Source of the DNA: Dehalococcoidia bacterium | Lineage (GTDB): Bacteria; Chloroflexota; Dehalococcoidia; Lucifugimonadales; UBA3495 | DNA length: 64,000 nt | Direction of reading: 5' to 3' | Assembly (NCBI GenBank): GCA_965220625.1 | Contig: CBDCQN010000001.1 | Span: 156,930-220,929, forward strand | Shown: piece by piece, positions 55,682-64,000 of the stretch | Layout of the letters: each line of letters begins with the position of its first letter | Position numbering within the stretch: position 1 is the first letter of the stretch | Translations under genes and position numbers: made by a program | Notes under the pieces: generated by a model | The model's database searches: none | Told to the model about the DNA's origin: nothing | The model's input: only the letters and a program-made list of their open reading frames with translations

Positions 55682-56236
55682 ATGACGACTACAAGAGTAT
55701 TGTTGACCGCCGAGGACCTGCTGGCCCTTCCGCGGGATGGCAACAGGTACGAGCTCATCAGGGGAGTATTGGTCGGTAGGATGGGCACCGGAGACCCGCA
55801 CGCCATTACGGTGACCAGAACCGCTGGCCTCGTCTTCAACTATACCGAAGCCAACGACTACGGAGCGGTCCGCTCTGGCGAACCGGGTTACCATCTGGAC
55901 TTCGAGCCGGACACGGTGCGTTGCCCGGATGTGGCCTGGGTTGCTCCGGGCCGTGTGCCGGAGGGAACGCGGGGCTACCCCGAACTGGCCCCCGACCTGG
56001 CGATTGAGGTCAAGTCGCCCAGCAATTCCAACCCGGAGATGGCCGCCAAGGCGTGGATGTGGCTCAGCTACGGCTCGCGCCAAGTATGGATTGCCGACAC
56101 GGAGCGCCTGACTGTCACGGTCTACCGCCACGGTGTCGAACCGCTGACCCTCGGCGAGGACGACCTGATAGACGGGGGTGAGTTGCTGCCCGGCTTCTCC
56201 TGCCCCGTTTGGCAGTTCTTCCGCCGGCATCGGTAG
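55682..56236 (+). CDS. Uma2-family putative endonuclease (tandem paralogue)
   Basis: 184 aa. RYELIRGVL, PDVAWVAPGRVPEG, PDLAIEVKSPSN and LPGFSCPV. Roughly 60 percent identical by eye to 54714-55301. Confidence 0.8.
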   Translation: MTTTRVLLTAEDLLALPRDGNRYELIRGVLVGRMGTGDPHAITVTRTAGLVFNYTEANDYGAVRSGEPGYHLDFEPDTVRCPDVAWVAPGRVPEGTRGYPELAPDLAIEVKSPSNSNPEMAAKAWMWLSYGSRQVWIADTERLTVTVYRHGVEPLTLGEDDLIDGGELLPGFSCPVWQFFRRHR

Positions 56237-56261
56237 CCGGGGTCGTGCCGGGTAGGAGCCA

Positions 56262-57689
56262 ATGACATTCGCCCAATTCATCGCCGCCGTGCAGGCTGGT
56301 CTAGGCGAGGAGAACGTTGTCGTTCACCCCGATGACCTGCTGGTGTTCGAGTACGACGGTTCCATCGACCGAGGAATGCCTTCGGCGGTGGTGTTCCCGG
56401 CCAACACGTCCGATGTGAGCCGGGTTATGGCTTTGGCCTACGAGGCTGGCATCCCCGTTGTGGGGCGCGGTTCCGGCACGGGCCTCAGCGGCGGAGCCAT
56501 CTCACCGCCCGGCGGCGTTCAGATCGCCTTCACTCGAATGCAGGAGGTCCTGGAAGTCGACACCGAAAACCGCCACGCCGTGGTGGAGCCGGGCGTCGTC
56601 AACCTCGACCTCGATACCCACGTCCGCAAGTTCGGCTTCCGGTACGCTCCCGACCCGTCCAGCCAGCGGGCCTGCAGCCTGGGAGGCAACATCGCCGAAA
56701 ACGCCGGCGGCCCCCACTGCCTGGCCTACGGCACCACCACAAACCACGTGCTGGGCATGGAGGTCGTATTGGAGGACGGCTCGGTGGTCCACTTGGGCAG
56801 CATGGCCCGGGAGACCCCCGGCTACGACCTGAGGGGAGTATTCGTCGGCTCCGAAGGGACCTTCGGCATTGCCACCCGCATCGCCGTGCGGCTGCTGCCG
56901 GTCCCTGAGTCCGTCAAGACTTACCTGGGCATCTTCCCCGACGTCGATTCGGCCTGCACCGCCGTATCGGCGGTCATAGGCCACGGCATCATACCCGCCG
57001 CATTGGAAATGCTGGACGCCCTGAGCATCCAGGCCGTCCAGAACGTTACCGACGTGGGCTACCCCGACGACGCCGGCGCGGTGTTGCTAATCGAGCTCGA
57101 AGGGCTGGATGACGAAGTAAACGAGACCGGCCGCGACGTGGAGGCCGCCCTCTGGGACACCGGCGCCAGCGAAGTGCGGGCCGCCGAACAGGCTGAGGAG
57201 CGGGAGCAGCTCTGGGCTGGCCGGAAGGGGGCGTTGGGAGCGTTGGGCAGCCTGGCCCCCAATTACTACCTGGTGGATGGCGTGGTGCCCCGCACCCAGT
57301 TGGCTCCGGTGCTGCGCCGGGTCGCCGAGGTGGGGCGCAAATACGATATTCCCATCGCCAACGTCTTCCACGCCGGAGACGGCAACCTTCACCCCTGCCT
57401 CCTGTTCGACGAGCGCCAGCCCGGGGCGCTGGAGACCATCATGGAAGCCGGCGCCGAGGTCTTGGAGGTCTGCGTCGAAGCAGGCGGGACCCTGACCGGC
57501 GAACACGGCGTGGGTCTGGAGAAGAAGGAGCAGATGCCCTTGGTCTTCTCGCCGGAGGACATGGCGGCCATGCGGCTGGTGCGCGACGCCTTCGCCCCCG
57601 AAAACCGCATCAACCCAGGCAAGATTTTCCCGGACGGCCATCGCCACGCCCCAGCCGCCCATCGGCCGGCTCTCGGAATGTACGCCTGA
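56262..57689 (+). CDS. glcD: Glycolate oxidase subunit GlcD (FAD-linked oxidase)
   Basis: 475 aa. FAD_binding_4 region (VVGRGSGTGLSGGA) and a C-terminal FAD-oxidase domain (GTLTGEHGVGLEK). Followed by glcE- and glcF-like genes. Confidence 0.8.
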   Translation: MTFAQFIAAVQAGLGEENVVVHPDDLLVFEYDGSIDRGMPSAVVFPANTSDVSRVMALAYEAGIPVVGRGSGTGLSGGAISPPGGVQIAFTRMQEVLEVDTENRHAVVEPGVVNLDLDTHVRKFGFRYAPDPSSQRACSLGGNIAENAGGPHCLAYGTTTNHVLGMEVVLEDGSVVHLGSMARETPGYDLRGVFVGSEGTFGIATRIAVRLLPVPESVKTYLGIFPDVDSACTAVSAVIGHGIIPAALEMLDALSIQAVQNVTDVGYPDDAGAVLLIELEGLDDEVNETGRDVEAALWDTGASEVRAAEQAEEREQLWAGRKGALGALGSLAPNYYLVDGVVPRTQLAPVLRRVAEVGRKYDIPIANVFHAGDGNLHPCLLFDERQPGALETIMEAGAEVLEVCVEAGGTLTGEHGVGLEKKEQMPLVFSPEDMAAMRLVRDAFAPENRINPGKIFPDGHRHAPAAHRPALGMYA

Positions 57690-57750
57690 GATTCGGATAG
57701 TCATCCTGGATAGAGGAACCCTTACTTTCGCCTCCCAGCGGTGTTCTTCG

Positions 57751-59112
57751 TTGCAAACCCGATTCAGCGACCAATTGGCCGACCTGGTTGGCCTCGATGC
57801 TATAGCGCCGGACAGCGAACGGTCCCTTTACGCCATCGACGGGGTCACGCCGCAGGCAGTAGTCCGCCCGGCTGGCCGCGCCGGGCTGGCCGGCTTGCTG
57901 CGTCAGGCTTCGGCCGAGGGGCTGGCCGTGTTTCCACGGGGCGGAGGCACCCAGATGGCTTTGGGGAACCGCCCCGATCGCGTGGACTTGATAGTCGATC
58001 TTACCAGGATGCGCCGGGTGCTGGACTACCAACCAGCCGACATGACCGTGACCGTGGAATCGGGCATTACCTTGACCGCCCTTCAGGAGGAACTGGCATC
58101 GGCGGGCAAGTACGTGCCGCTGGAAGCGCCCTTCCCAAGACGGGCGACCGTCGGCGGTATCCTGTCCACCGCCTCGAGCGGGCCATTGGCCCACGCCTAC
58201 GGCCCGCCGCGAGACTGGCTTATCGGCATCGGCGTATTGAGCGCCGACGGCGTCGAGACCAAGGCCGGCGGCAAGGTGGTGAAGAACGTTACCGGCTACG
58301 ATTTGAACAAGCTCTACACCGGAGCGCTGGGCACTTTGGGGGTAATAGTCGAAGCGACGTTGAAGGTCGCTCCGCTGCAACCGGAGTCCGGCGCACTCGT
58401 TGGATATTTCCCGAGCCTGGACGCGGCAATAAAGGCTGGAACCGGTCTTCTGGACCTGCCCGCCGCCCCGATGGCCTACGTCGCCACCTGCCCTCAACGG
58501 GGGCGGCCCATCTACCGATTGGGCCATGAGTCCTCCGAGCTAGCGTATTTCGCTAGCCGCTTCCAACCCGGCACGGATGCCATTGCCGCCGGCTTTGCTT
58601 TCTACTCAGGCCGCGCTCAAGCCGCCAAACGCCGCATCGACGACTCCACCGCCTTCTTGAAGCAGGCTGGGGCCGTCGACGTGTCCTTAATGGACAGCGG
58701 CCAAGCCGATGCGGTCCGGCAATGGCTTACCGATATGGCATGGGACCCGGAATCACCCCCAACATTGGCTATGAAGATCGCCGCGCCGCGCCGCTCGATA
58801 GCGCGGTTGGCTGCGGCCTGCCTCGACATCGACGGCGCGGCGGTGGTGGCCGACCCCGGTTTCGGCGCGTTGAGATTGCTCTGGTGGAACGGGCCCGGCG
58901 GCGAATCCCTTCTGGCGTGCATACGGTCGGCCAGGGACGCGGCCCGCGCTCACGGCGGCACGGCCGTGGTGGAGCAATTGGCCGCGCCCCTCAAGGACGG
59001 CATCGACGTCTGGGGAGAGGAGCCCGACAGCATCGGCGTCATGCGCCGCATAAAACAGCAGTTCGATCCGGCGGGCCTGCTGAACCACGGCAGGTTCATA
59101 GGAGGTCTTTAG
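57751..59112 (+). CDS. glcE: Glycolate oxidase FAD-binding subunit GlcE-like
   Basis: 453 aa with a TTG start. FAD-binding PCMH-type region (VFPRGGGTQMALG, GGKVVKNVTGYDL). Longer than typical GlcE. Confidence 0.7.
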   Translation: MQTRFSDQLADLVGLDAIAPDSERSLYAIDGVTPQAVVRPAGRAGLAGLLRQASAEGLAVFPRGGGTQMALGNRPDRVDLIVDLTRMRRVLDYQPADMTVTVESGITLTALQEELASAGKYVPLEAPFPRRATVGGILSTASSGPLAHAYGPPRDWLIGIGVLSADGVETKAGGKVVKNVTGYDLNKLYTGALGTLGVIVEATLKVAPLQPESGALVGYFPSLDAAIKAGTGLLDLPAAPMAYVATCPQRGRPIYRLGHESSELAYFASRFQPGTDAIAAGFAFYSGRAQAAKRRIDDSTAFLKQAGAVDVSLMDSGQADAVRQWLTDMAWDPESPPTLAMKIAAPRRSIARLAAACLDIDGAAVVADPGFGALRLLWWNGPGGESLLACIRSARDAARAHGGTAVVEQLAAPLKDGIDVWGEEPDSIGVMRRIKQQFDPAGLLNHGRFIGGL

Positions 59113-60485
59113 TGGCCGGGCCTGATGATCACTCAACAGAAACCACGTTCGCGCCGCTGCCCCTGCTGGCAGGGTTCCAGGGTCCCGACGCCCCGGCGGA
59201 AGCCGACATGTACCGGTGTGTGCATTGCGGCCTGTGCCTGAGTTCCTGCCCGACCTACGTGGAGACCCGGATGGAGATGGAGTCGCCCCGCGGGCGCATC
59301 GCCCTGATGAAGGCAGTTAATGAGGGCCGCGTCGAGATAACCCCAAGGATCGTGTCCCACTGGGAGGCCTGCCTCCAATGCCGCGCCTGCGAGGCCGTTT
59401 GCCCGTCGGGCGTGCCCTACGGCCGCATGATGGAACACACCCGCGCCCAGGTGCGGGCCCACAACCGGCAATCGGCCGGACTCCGCAGAGTCAGCCGCCT
59501 GTTCCTGCGGGGCGCCCTGCTCCATCCCGGACGGCTCAGGTTCGGGGCGCGGCTCGTCCGCCTGTACCAGCGCTCCGGCGTCCAGTGGCTCTTGCGGCGC
59601 TCCCGTTTGCTACGGTTGCTCCCCGGAGGGCTGGCTGGGCTTGAATCCCAGTTGCCTCCGCTGAGCGGCCGCTTCTTCGGCCCTTCCGCGACCGTGTTCC
59701 CGGCCCAAGAGCCCAAGCGAATGACCGTGGCGTTGCTCTCCGGATGCGTCATGCCATTGATGCAGGGGCCCACCATGGAGGCGGCGGTGCGGGTGCTCGC
59801 CCGCAACGGCTGCGACGTGGCCGTGCCGATGGGACAGGGCTGTTGCGGCGCTCTCAACATGCACGCCGGCGATCTGGAAGGAGGCCGGGAAATGGCCCGC
59901 CGCAACATAGACGCGCTGCTGACGGCCGGTGTCGACCGCATCGTCACCGCCTCCGCCGGTTGCGGCTCCGCCATGAAGGAATACAACGACCTGTTGCGGG
60001 ATGACCCCGAATACCGGGCCAAGGCAGAGCGGTTCAGCGAACTCACGGTGGATATCACGGAGCTGCTGGCCAGCCTGCCCCTCCGGCCGCCCTCGCGGCC
60101 CCTGACCCGCCGGGTCACCTACCAAGACCCTTGCCACCTGGCCCATGCCCAGCGCATCACCCGAGCCCCCCGTACGGTCCTCAAAGCGATACCCGGGGTG
60201 GAGTTGGTGGAAATGGAAAATTCCAGCCGGTGCTGCGGCGGAGCCGGCATATACTCGATGGTACAGCCGGACCTTTCGGGAAGGCTGCTGCGCCGGAAGC
60301 TGGGATATATCGCCGACGCGGACGCGGACGAGGTGGCAACAGCCAACCCTGGTTGTACGCTGCAGTTGGAACAGGGCTTGCGGCAGCAGGGAAGCCCCTG
60401 CCGGGTGCGCCACGTAGTGGACCTTCTGGACGAGGCCTACCGGCTGGAGGGCCCAGCAGGGCCGAGAGGGCGTTTTACGGACTAA
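59112..60485 (+). CDS. glcF: Glycolate oxidase iron-sulfur subunit GlcF
   Basis: Two ferredoxin-type clusters (CVHCGLCLSSCP, CLQCRACEAVCP) plus two CCG domains. GTG 59112 overlaps the glcE TAG and has GGAGG 6 nt upstream. The ORF-track 5' extension from 58722 was rejected. Confidence 0.8.
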   Translation: MAGPDDHSTETTFAPLPLLAGFQGPDAPAEADMYRCVHCGLCLSSCPTYVETRMEMESPRGRIALMKAVNEGRVEITPRIVSHWEACLQCRACEAVCPSGVPYGRMMEHTRAQVRAHNRQSAGLRRVSRLFLRGALLHPGRLRFGARLVRLYQRSGVQWLLRRSRLLRLLPGGLAGLESQLPPLSGRFFGPSATVFPAQEPKRMTVALLSGCVMPLMQGPTMEAAVRVLARNGCDVAVPMGQGCCGALNMHAGDLEGGREMARRNIDALLTAGVDRIVTASAGCGSAMKEYNDLLRDDPEYRAKAERFSELTVDITELLASLPLRPPSRPLTRRVTYQDPCHLAHAQRITRAPRTVLKAIPGVELVEMENSSRCCGGAGIYSMVQPDLSGRLLRRKLGYIADADADEVATANPGCTLQLEQGLRQQGSPCRVRHVVDLLDEAYRLEGPAGPRGRFTD

Positions 60486-61282
60486 TCACCGCCACGCTGG
60501 CGGCGCAATTCTTCCTCAAGCCAGCGCACCCTGGCCTCTGCGGCCGCGCGGGCGGCTTCGGCCGCTTCTCGTGCCCCTTCGGCCAATTCTCGTGCCCCTT
60601 CGGCGGCTTCTCGTGCCCCTTCGGCGATTGCCAGGTCGGCTCGTATCTCCGGGTAGTTGCGAAGGTATTCCCCGGTGTCCGGGTCGTACAGGTACAGCCG
60701 CTGGTCGTTCCAACCTAGGCTGAGGCCCAGCGCCGGGCTGAAACCCTTGAGTACGCCGTCGGGCGCCGTCGTCAATTCAATGGGCTGGTATTCGCCCTCC
60801 ACCAGTCGCTCCCCGACCAGCGGACTGCCGTATAGCTCACCGCCGGTGGGGTCGTACCGCCAATATTCCGGCACGCCGACTTCGACGTAGATGCCCCGCT
60901 TCCGCCCGACGTCGTGCCGGGCGGTGGACGCGGATGCGACTTCCAACGCCAGGTCCGGCGGCTTGCCCGCTTCCCAAGGAAGGTAGAGCGCCCGTTCGCG
61001 GATGGCGCGGGCATCTACGCCGGTTGCGATGTAGAAGTCGGGGCCGACCCGGACGTTCAGGTTGCGGCGGTCGTAACAGATGAAGGTGTTGCTGTCGAGA
61101 AACACGTCCCGGCGGCCCTCATAGTGAGCGACCAGAATCGGGATGAAGTCGAACAGATATGGATTTTGAATCATGCCTTCCGGCAGCGGTTCGGGTTCAT
61201 ATGGGTCGAATTCAAGGCTGGCAAAGTCAATCTCGCCCTGCCGGTTGTAGGTCAGCATTTTGTGGGGTAGCTTCGTAGCCAT
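60482..61282 (-). CDS. Uma2-family putative endonuclease, long subtype with repeat-containing coiled-coil tail
   Basis: 266 aa paralogue of 22807-23538. C-terminal AEGAREAAEGARELAEGAREAAEAARAAAEARVRWLEEELRRQ. Its stop codon overlaps the glcF stop. Confidence 0.75.
   Translation of the reverse strand: MATKLPHKMLTYNRQGEIDFASLEFDPYEPEPLPEGMIQNPYLFDFIPILVAHYEGRRDVFLDSNTFICYDRRNLNVRVGPDFYIATGVDARAIRERALYLPWEAGKPPDLALEVASASTARHDVGRKRGIYVEVGVPEYWRYDPTGGELYGSPLVGERLVEGEYQPIELTTAPDGVLKGFSPALGLSLGWNDQRLYLYDPDTGEYLRNYPEIRADLAIAEGAREAAEGARELAEGAREAAEAARAAAEARVRWLEEELRRQRGGD
60566..60628. repeat. 3 x 21 bp tandem repeat (TTCTCGTGCCCCTTCGGCNNN) coding heptads AEGAREx
   Basis: Units at 60566-60586, 60587-60607 and 60608-60628 differ only in the last 3 nt. 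Confidence 0.9.
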
Positions 61283-61533
61283 CGTGACCTCTCCGCTCGA
61301 AAGCTAATATTACCAGCTTGTCGAAGGAGACTCCACCGCCGAGGCCGCAGTCCCGGCATCAATCCCCCGGTTCCAGCATCACCGTCAAAGTGTAGGTGCC
61401 AGTGCCCACGAGTCCCTCCACAGCGACGACGAAGATCTGCTCCCGGCCATCGGCAGACCAGGAAATGCTAGCGTCTAGCGAACGAGGGGGTCACGGGCTC
61501 CCGTCTGTCACCATCGGCGGAGAGGGCCGGCTG

Positions 61534-62730
61534 CTATTCGGAGAAAGTGACTAGGGCCCGCTGCGCGGCGGCGAGGCTCGCGCCGTAGGCGACTTCGTAC
61601 CCGTTTCTGCTGAGGATGGTCTCCAAGGCCGAGAGGAAGGCGAAGACGTTGGTCTCCCGGGCCGACTCCCCCATCAGGCCGATGCGCCAAGCGACGCCCC
61701 GGTACTCGCCAAGCCCGCCGCCGATTTCGATGTGGTAGTCATCCAGCAGCGCCCGCCGTACCTTGGCGTCGTCGACGCCCTCGGGCACCGCGACGGTGGT
61801 GAGCGGGTTCAGCCGGTGTTCCGGGTCGGCCAGCAGTTCCAGCCCCAACGCTTCCAGTCCGGACCGGAGCGATGCAGCCACGCGAGCGTGGCGTTGGATC
61901 TGGTTGTCGACGCCCTCCTCCATCATCATTCGCAGCGCCTCGCGCAGGGCGTAGGTCATCGAGATGGGCGCCGTGTGGTGATAGGCGCGGGTCTGGCTGC
62001 TCCAGTATCTCTCCAAGTCTTTGAGATTGAAGTAGAAGCTCTCGACCTCGGTCTCCCTGGAGTTCAGCACGTCCATGGCCGCGCCGCTCAGGGAGATGGG
62101 GGCCAGGCCGGGAGGCGCGCCCAAGCACTTCTGGGTCGCGCTGTAGCAAACGTCGATGCCCCAGTCGTCCATGCGCATATCGTGGCCGCCCAAGGAGGTT
62201 ACGGCGTCGACGATGGCCAACGCGCCGTGGCGGTGGATGACATCCACGATCTCCGGCATCGAGCTGAGCACTCCGGTGGAAGTCTCCGCGTGGACCACAC
62301 CAACGGCCTTCACCCGGGAGTGCCGGGACAACTCGTCGTCCAAGGCTTGCGGGTCCACCGGCCGTCCCCAGGGTGTGTCCACCACGTGCACGTCGGCCCC
62401 GCAGCGTTGAGCGATGTCGGCCAACCGGATGCCGAAGTAGCCGTTGCGGCAGACCACCATGGTGTCCCCGCGCTCCAGCACGTTGACGCAGGCGGTCTCC
62501 ATGGCGCCGGTGCCGGTGGACGAAATGGGCAGCGTCATGAAGTTGCCGGTGTGGTAGACCTCGCGGAGCATGTTCTTGACGTCTTCCATGATCTGAAAGA
62601 AGTCCGGGTCCAGATGACCCATGATCGGCATGGTCATCGCTTGGAGAACGCGGGGGTGTACCGAGCTGGGTCCGGCCCCAAGGAGGATTCGCTGGGGCGG
62701 TTGGAGTTCGCCAACGAAACGACTGGTCAC
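61534..62730 (-). CDS. Class-V aminotransferase (alanine/serine--glyoxylate aminotransferase family)
   Basis: 398 aa. LLGAGPSSVHPRVLQAM, SSTGTGAMET and CYSATQKCLGAPPG (PLP lysine region). Confidence 0.8.
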   Translation of the reverse strand: MTSRFVGELQPPQRILLGAGPSSVHPRVLQAMTMPIMGHLDPDFFQIMEDVKNMLREVYHTGNFMTLPISSTGTGAMETACVNVLERGDTMVVCRNGYFGIRLADIAQRCGADVHVVDTPWGRPVDPQALDDELSRHSRVKAVGVVHAETSTGVLSSMPEIVDVIHRHGALAIVDAVTSLGGHDMRMDDWGIDVCYSATQKCLGAPPGLAPISLSGAAMDVLNSRETEVESFYFNLKDLERYWSSQTRAYHHTAPISMTYALREALRMMMEEGVDNQIQRHARVAASLRSGLEALGLELLADPEHRLNPLTTVAVPEGVDDAKVRRALLDDYHIEIGGGLGEYRGVAWRIGLMGESARETNVFAFLSALETILSRNGYEVAYGASLAAAQRALVTFSE

Positions 62731-62732
62731 AC

Positions 62733-63530
62733 TTACACCACCGCCGACGCGCCGCCGTCCAGGTTGACCGCTATTCCGGTGAGGTAGCTGGCCCGCTCTG
62801 AAGCCAGGAACGCGATGACGTCGCCTGCCTCTTCGGGTTCGCCGACCCGTCCCAAGGGGACCGAACGACCCTTGGCCAACTGGTCATAGAAAGCGTCGAT
62901 GGACAGGTCCGGCTCGCTCTGCACACGGGCGTCGTACCCGGACTGGTGCTGGCCGCTTTTGATGAGCCCGATACAGACGGTGGACACCAGGATGTTGTCC
63001 GATGCGAGGTCCTTGGAAAGGCCCTTGGTGATGGCGATGCCGGCCGCCCGGGAGATGGAGGTGGGCATGGAGTTGGCTCCGGGGGTGCGCCCGCCCAGGT
63101 TGGTGACGTTGATGATCCGCCCGCCGCCGGCCTTGCGCATCTCCGGGACCGATTGCTGGATGAGCCGCACTGCGCCCCAGACCTTGAGCTCGAAGTCGGA
63201 CTCCCAGTCCTCTTGGCTGACCTGCTCGAAGTGCTTGGCCATGGCGACGCCGGCGTTGTTGACCAGAATGTCCAACCGGCCGAACCGGTCAATGGCCGTC
63301 TGCACGATCTTGTTGGCGCTGTCTGGCTCCATCACGTCGGCCGACAACGGCACGACGACTCCCTCGGTGGCAGTCCTGATCTCTTCGGCAGCCTGGTCCA
63401 GAACATTTTGCCGCCGGGCCACGATCACCACGTTCGCGCCTTCCTTGGCCATGCTGAGGGCCGCCGCCTTCCCGATGCCGTCACTGCCGCCGGTGACAAT
63501 AGCGACTTTGTCCTGGAGTCCCAGGTCCAT
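62733..63530 (-). CDS. SDR-family oxidoreductase
   Basis: TGGSDGIGKAAA and NNAG motifs. Start set at ATG 63530. The stop lies 2 nt before the aminotransferase start. Confidence 0.85.
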   Translation of the reverse strand: MDLGLQDKVAIVTGGSDGIGKAAALSMAKEGANVVIVARRQNVLDQAAEEIRTATEGVVVPLSADVMEPDSANKIVQTAIDRFGRLDILVNNAGVAMAKHFEQVSQEDWESDFELKVWGAVRLIQQSVPEMRKAGGGRIINVTNLGGRTPGANSMPTSISRAAGIAITKGLSKDLASDNILVSTVCIGLIKSGQHQSGYDARVQSEPDLSIDAFYDQLAKGRSVPLGRVGEPEEAGDVIAFLASERASYLTGIAVNLDGGASAVV

Positions 63531-63737
63531 AGCTCCTCTCAAAAACACAGGCCTAACGCGCAGGCCACGGTGCTGTAAATTGCTTGCCCATTATAGCAGG
63601 CTAGCAGCAGCCGCTTTTGCAGAATTGCTGCCAGTGCGACGAGGGGGTATATTCGGCGACGGGCACAAATCATAAACGGATGGCGTTGTTCGAGAATTTG
63701 CTGAGCGCATTGACCTGTAACTCCAAAGGGATTCGAC

Positions 63738-64000
63738 ATGACTCTTAACAAGAAACTGACCAATGAAGATAACGAGGCGTTGGCCCAAATGTTGTTGGAA
63801 GTTCACCAAAGGGACCCTGGGCGCCTGAGAAAGATATTGCCCCAAGTGGCGGATTTGCTTGAAGAGTTGATAACACACGCACCGGTCCGGGAAGGGCCGC
63901 AGAGTCCTTTCGGCTTAACCGAGCGGGAGCGCAATTTCCATAAAGAAGCTCTCGAAAATATCCTGAGCCGATTCAAGTCGCTGGCCCAAGCAGAAGCTGT
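63738..64000 (+). CDS. Hypothetical protein, 3'-partial at window edge
   Basis: Hand translation gives MTLNKKLTNEDNEALAQMLLEVHQRDPGRLRKILPQVADLLEELITHAPVREGPQSPFGLTERERNFHKEALENILSRFKSLAQAEA, open to the edge. No family recognised. Confidence 0.3.
   Translation, partial: MTLNKKLTNEDNEALAQMLLEVHQRDPGRLRKILPQVADLLEELITHAPVREGPQSPFGLTERERNFHKEALENILSRFKSLAQAEA

Noticed and set aside
58722-59111. 130-codon 5' extension of the glcF ORF, overlapping glcE in another frame.
   Set aside because: GTG 59112 has a GGAGG 6 nt upstream and overlaps the glcE stop. The extension has no ferredoxin or CCG motifs and is Arg/Gly-rich.
61359-61478. About 40 codons of open frame on the minus strand ending ...ISWSADGREQIFVVAVEGLVGTGTYTLTVMLEPGD*. 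It resembles the end of a PD40/beta-propeller plus PPC-type domain.
   Set aside because: Too short for a confident family call and with no start codon. It is kept only as supporting context for the Uma2 breakpoint hypothesis.

Overview
This is a 64 kb high-GC bacterial chromosomal segment, gene-dense on both strands. Many long antisense shadow ORFs in the track are GC artefacts. All family calls come from motif recognition by eye, with no searches run.

The gene content suggests a Chloroflexota, SAR202-like organism, but this is a low-confidence inference. It rests on LLM-class flavin oxidoreductase, several SDR, alpha/beta-hydrolase and aldo-keto reductase genes, DUF1800/DUF1501, five Uma2 endonuclease paralogues and orphan family-5 solute-binding lipoproteins.

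Core genes:
- selB, leuB, metF, acpS, nnr, radC
- a glcDEF glycolate oxidase plus a class-V aminotransferase
- a TPP enzyme, a GH15 hydrolase and a CaCA exchanger
- tRNA-Trp(CCA), tRNA-Arg(CCT) and tRNA-Ala(CGC)

Accessory content:
- A complete Type III R-M system (mod/res). The mod target-recognition region is a low-GC cassette.
- A DUF433/DUF5615 toxin-antitoxin-like pair.
- A ~6 kb segment bounded by an intact tRNA-Trp and a 48 bp direct repeat of its 3' half, with no integrase.
- A sharply low-GC ~2.4 kb islet (about 49.7-52.1 kb) with two adjacent nuclease genes and no methyltransferase: an Mrr-catalytic-domain protein and a single-HKD PLD-family nuclease with an Mrr_N-like winged helix. 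This is my best candidate for an undescribed two-gene defence module.

Other structure:
- Uma2 genes sit repeatedly next to broken or rearranged genes: a 5'-truncated SBP, a 145 bp leuB relic and a split DUF1800/DUF1501 pair.
- Several intergenic repeat families, including a ~111 bp repeat carrying a promoter-like motif.
- A near-perfect 138 bp tandem duplication inside an SBP gene.
- A 3 x 21 bp heptad-coding repeat in one Uma2 gene.

No CRISPR array, rRNA, transposase or integrase was recognised.
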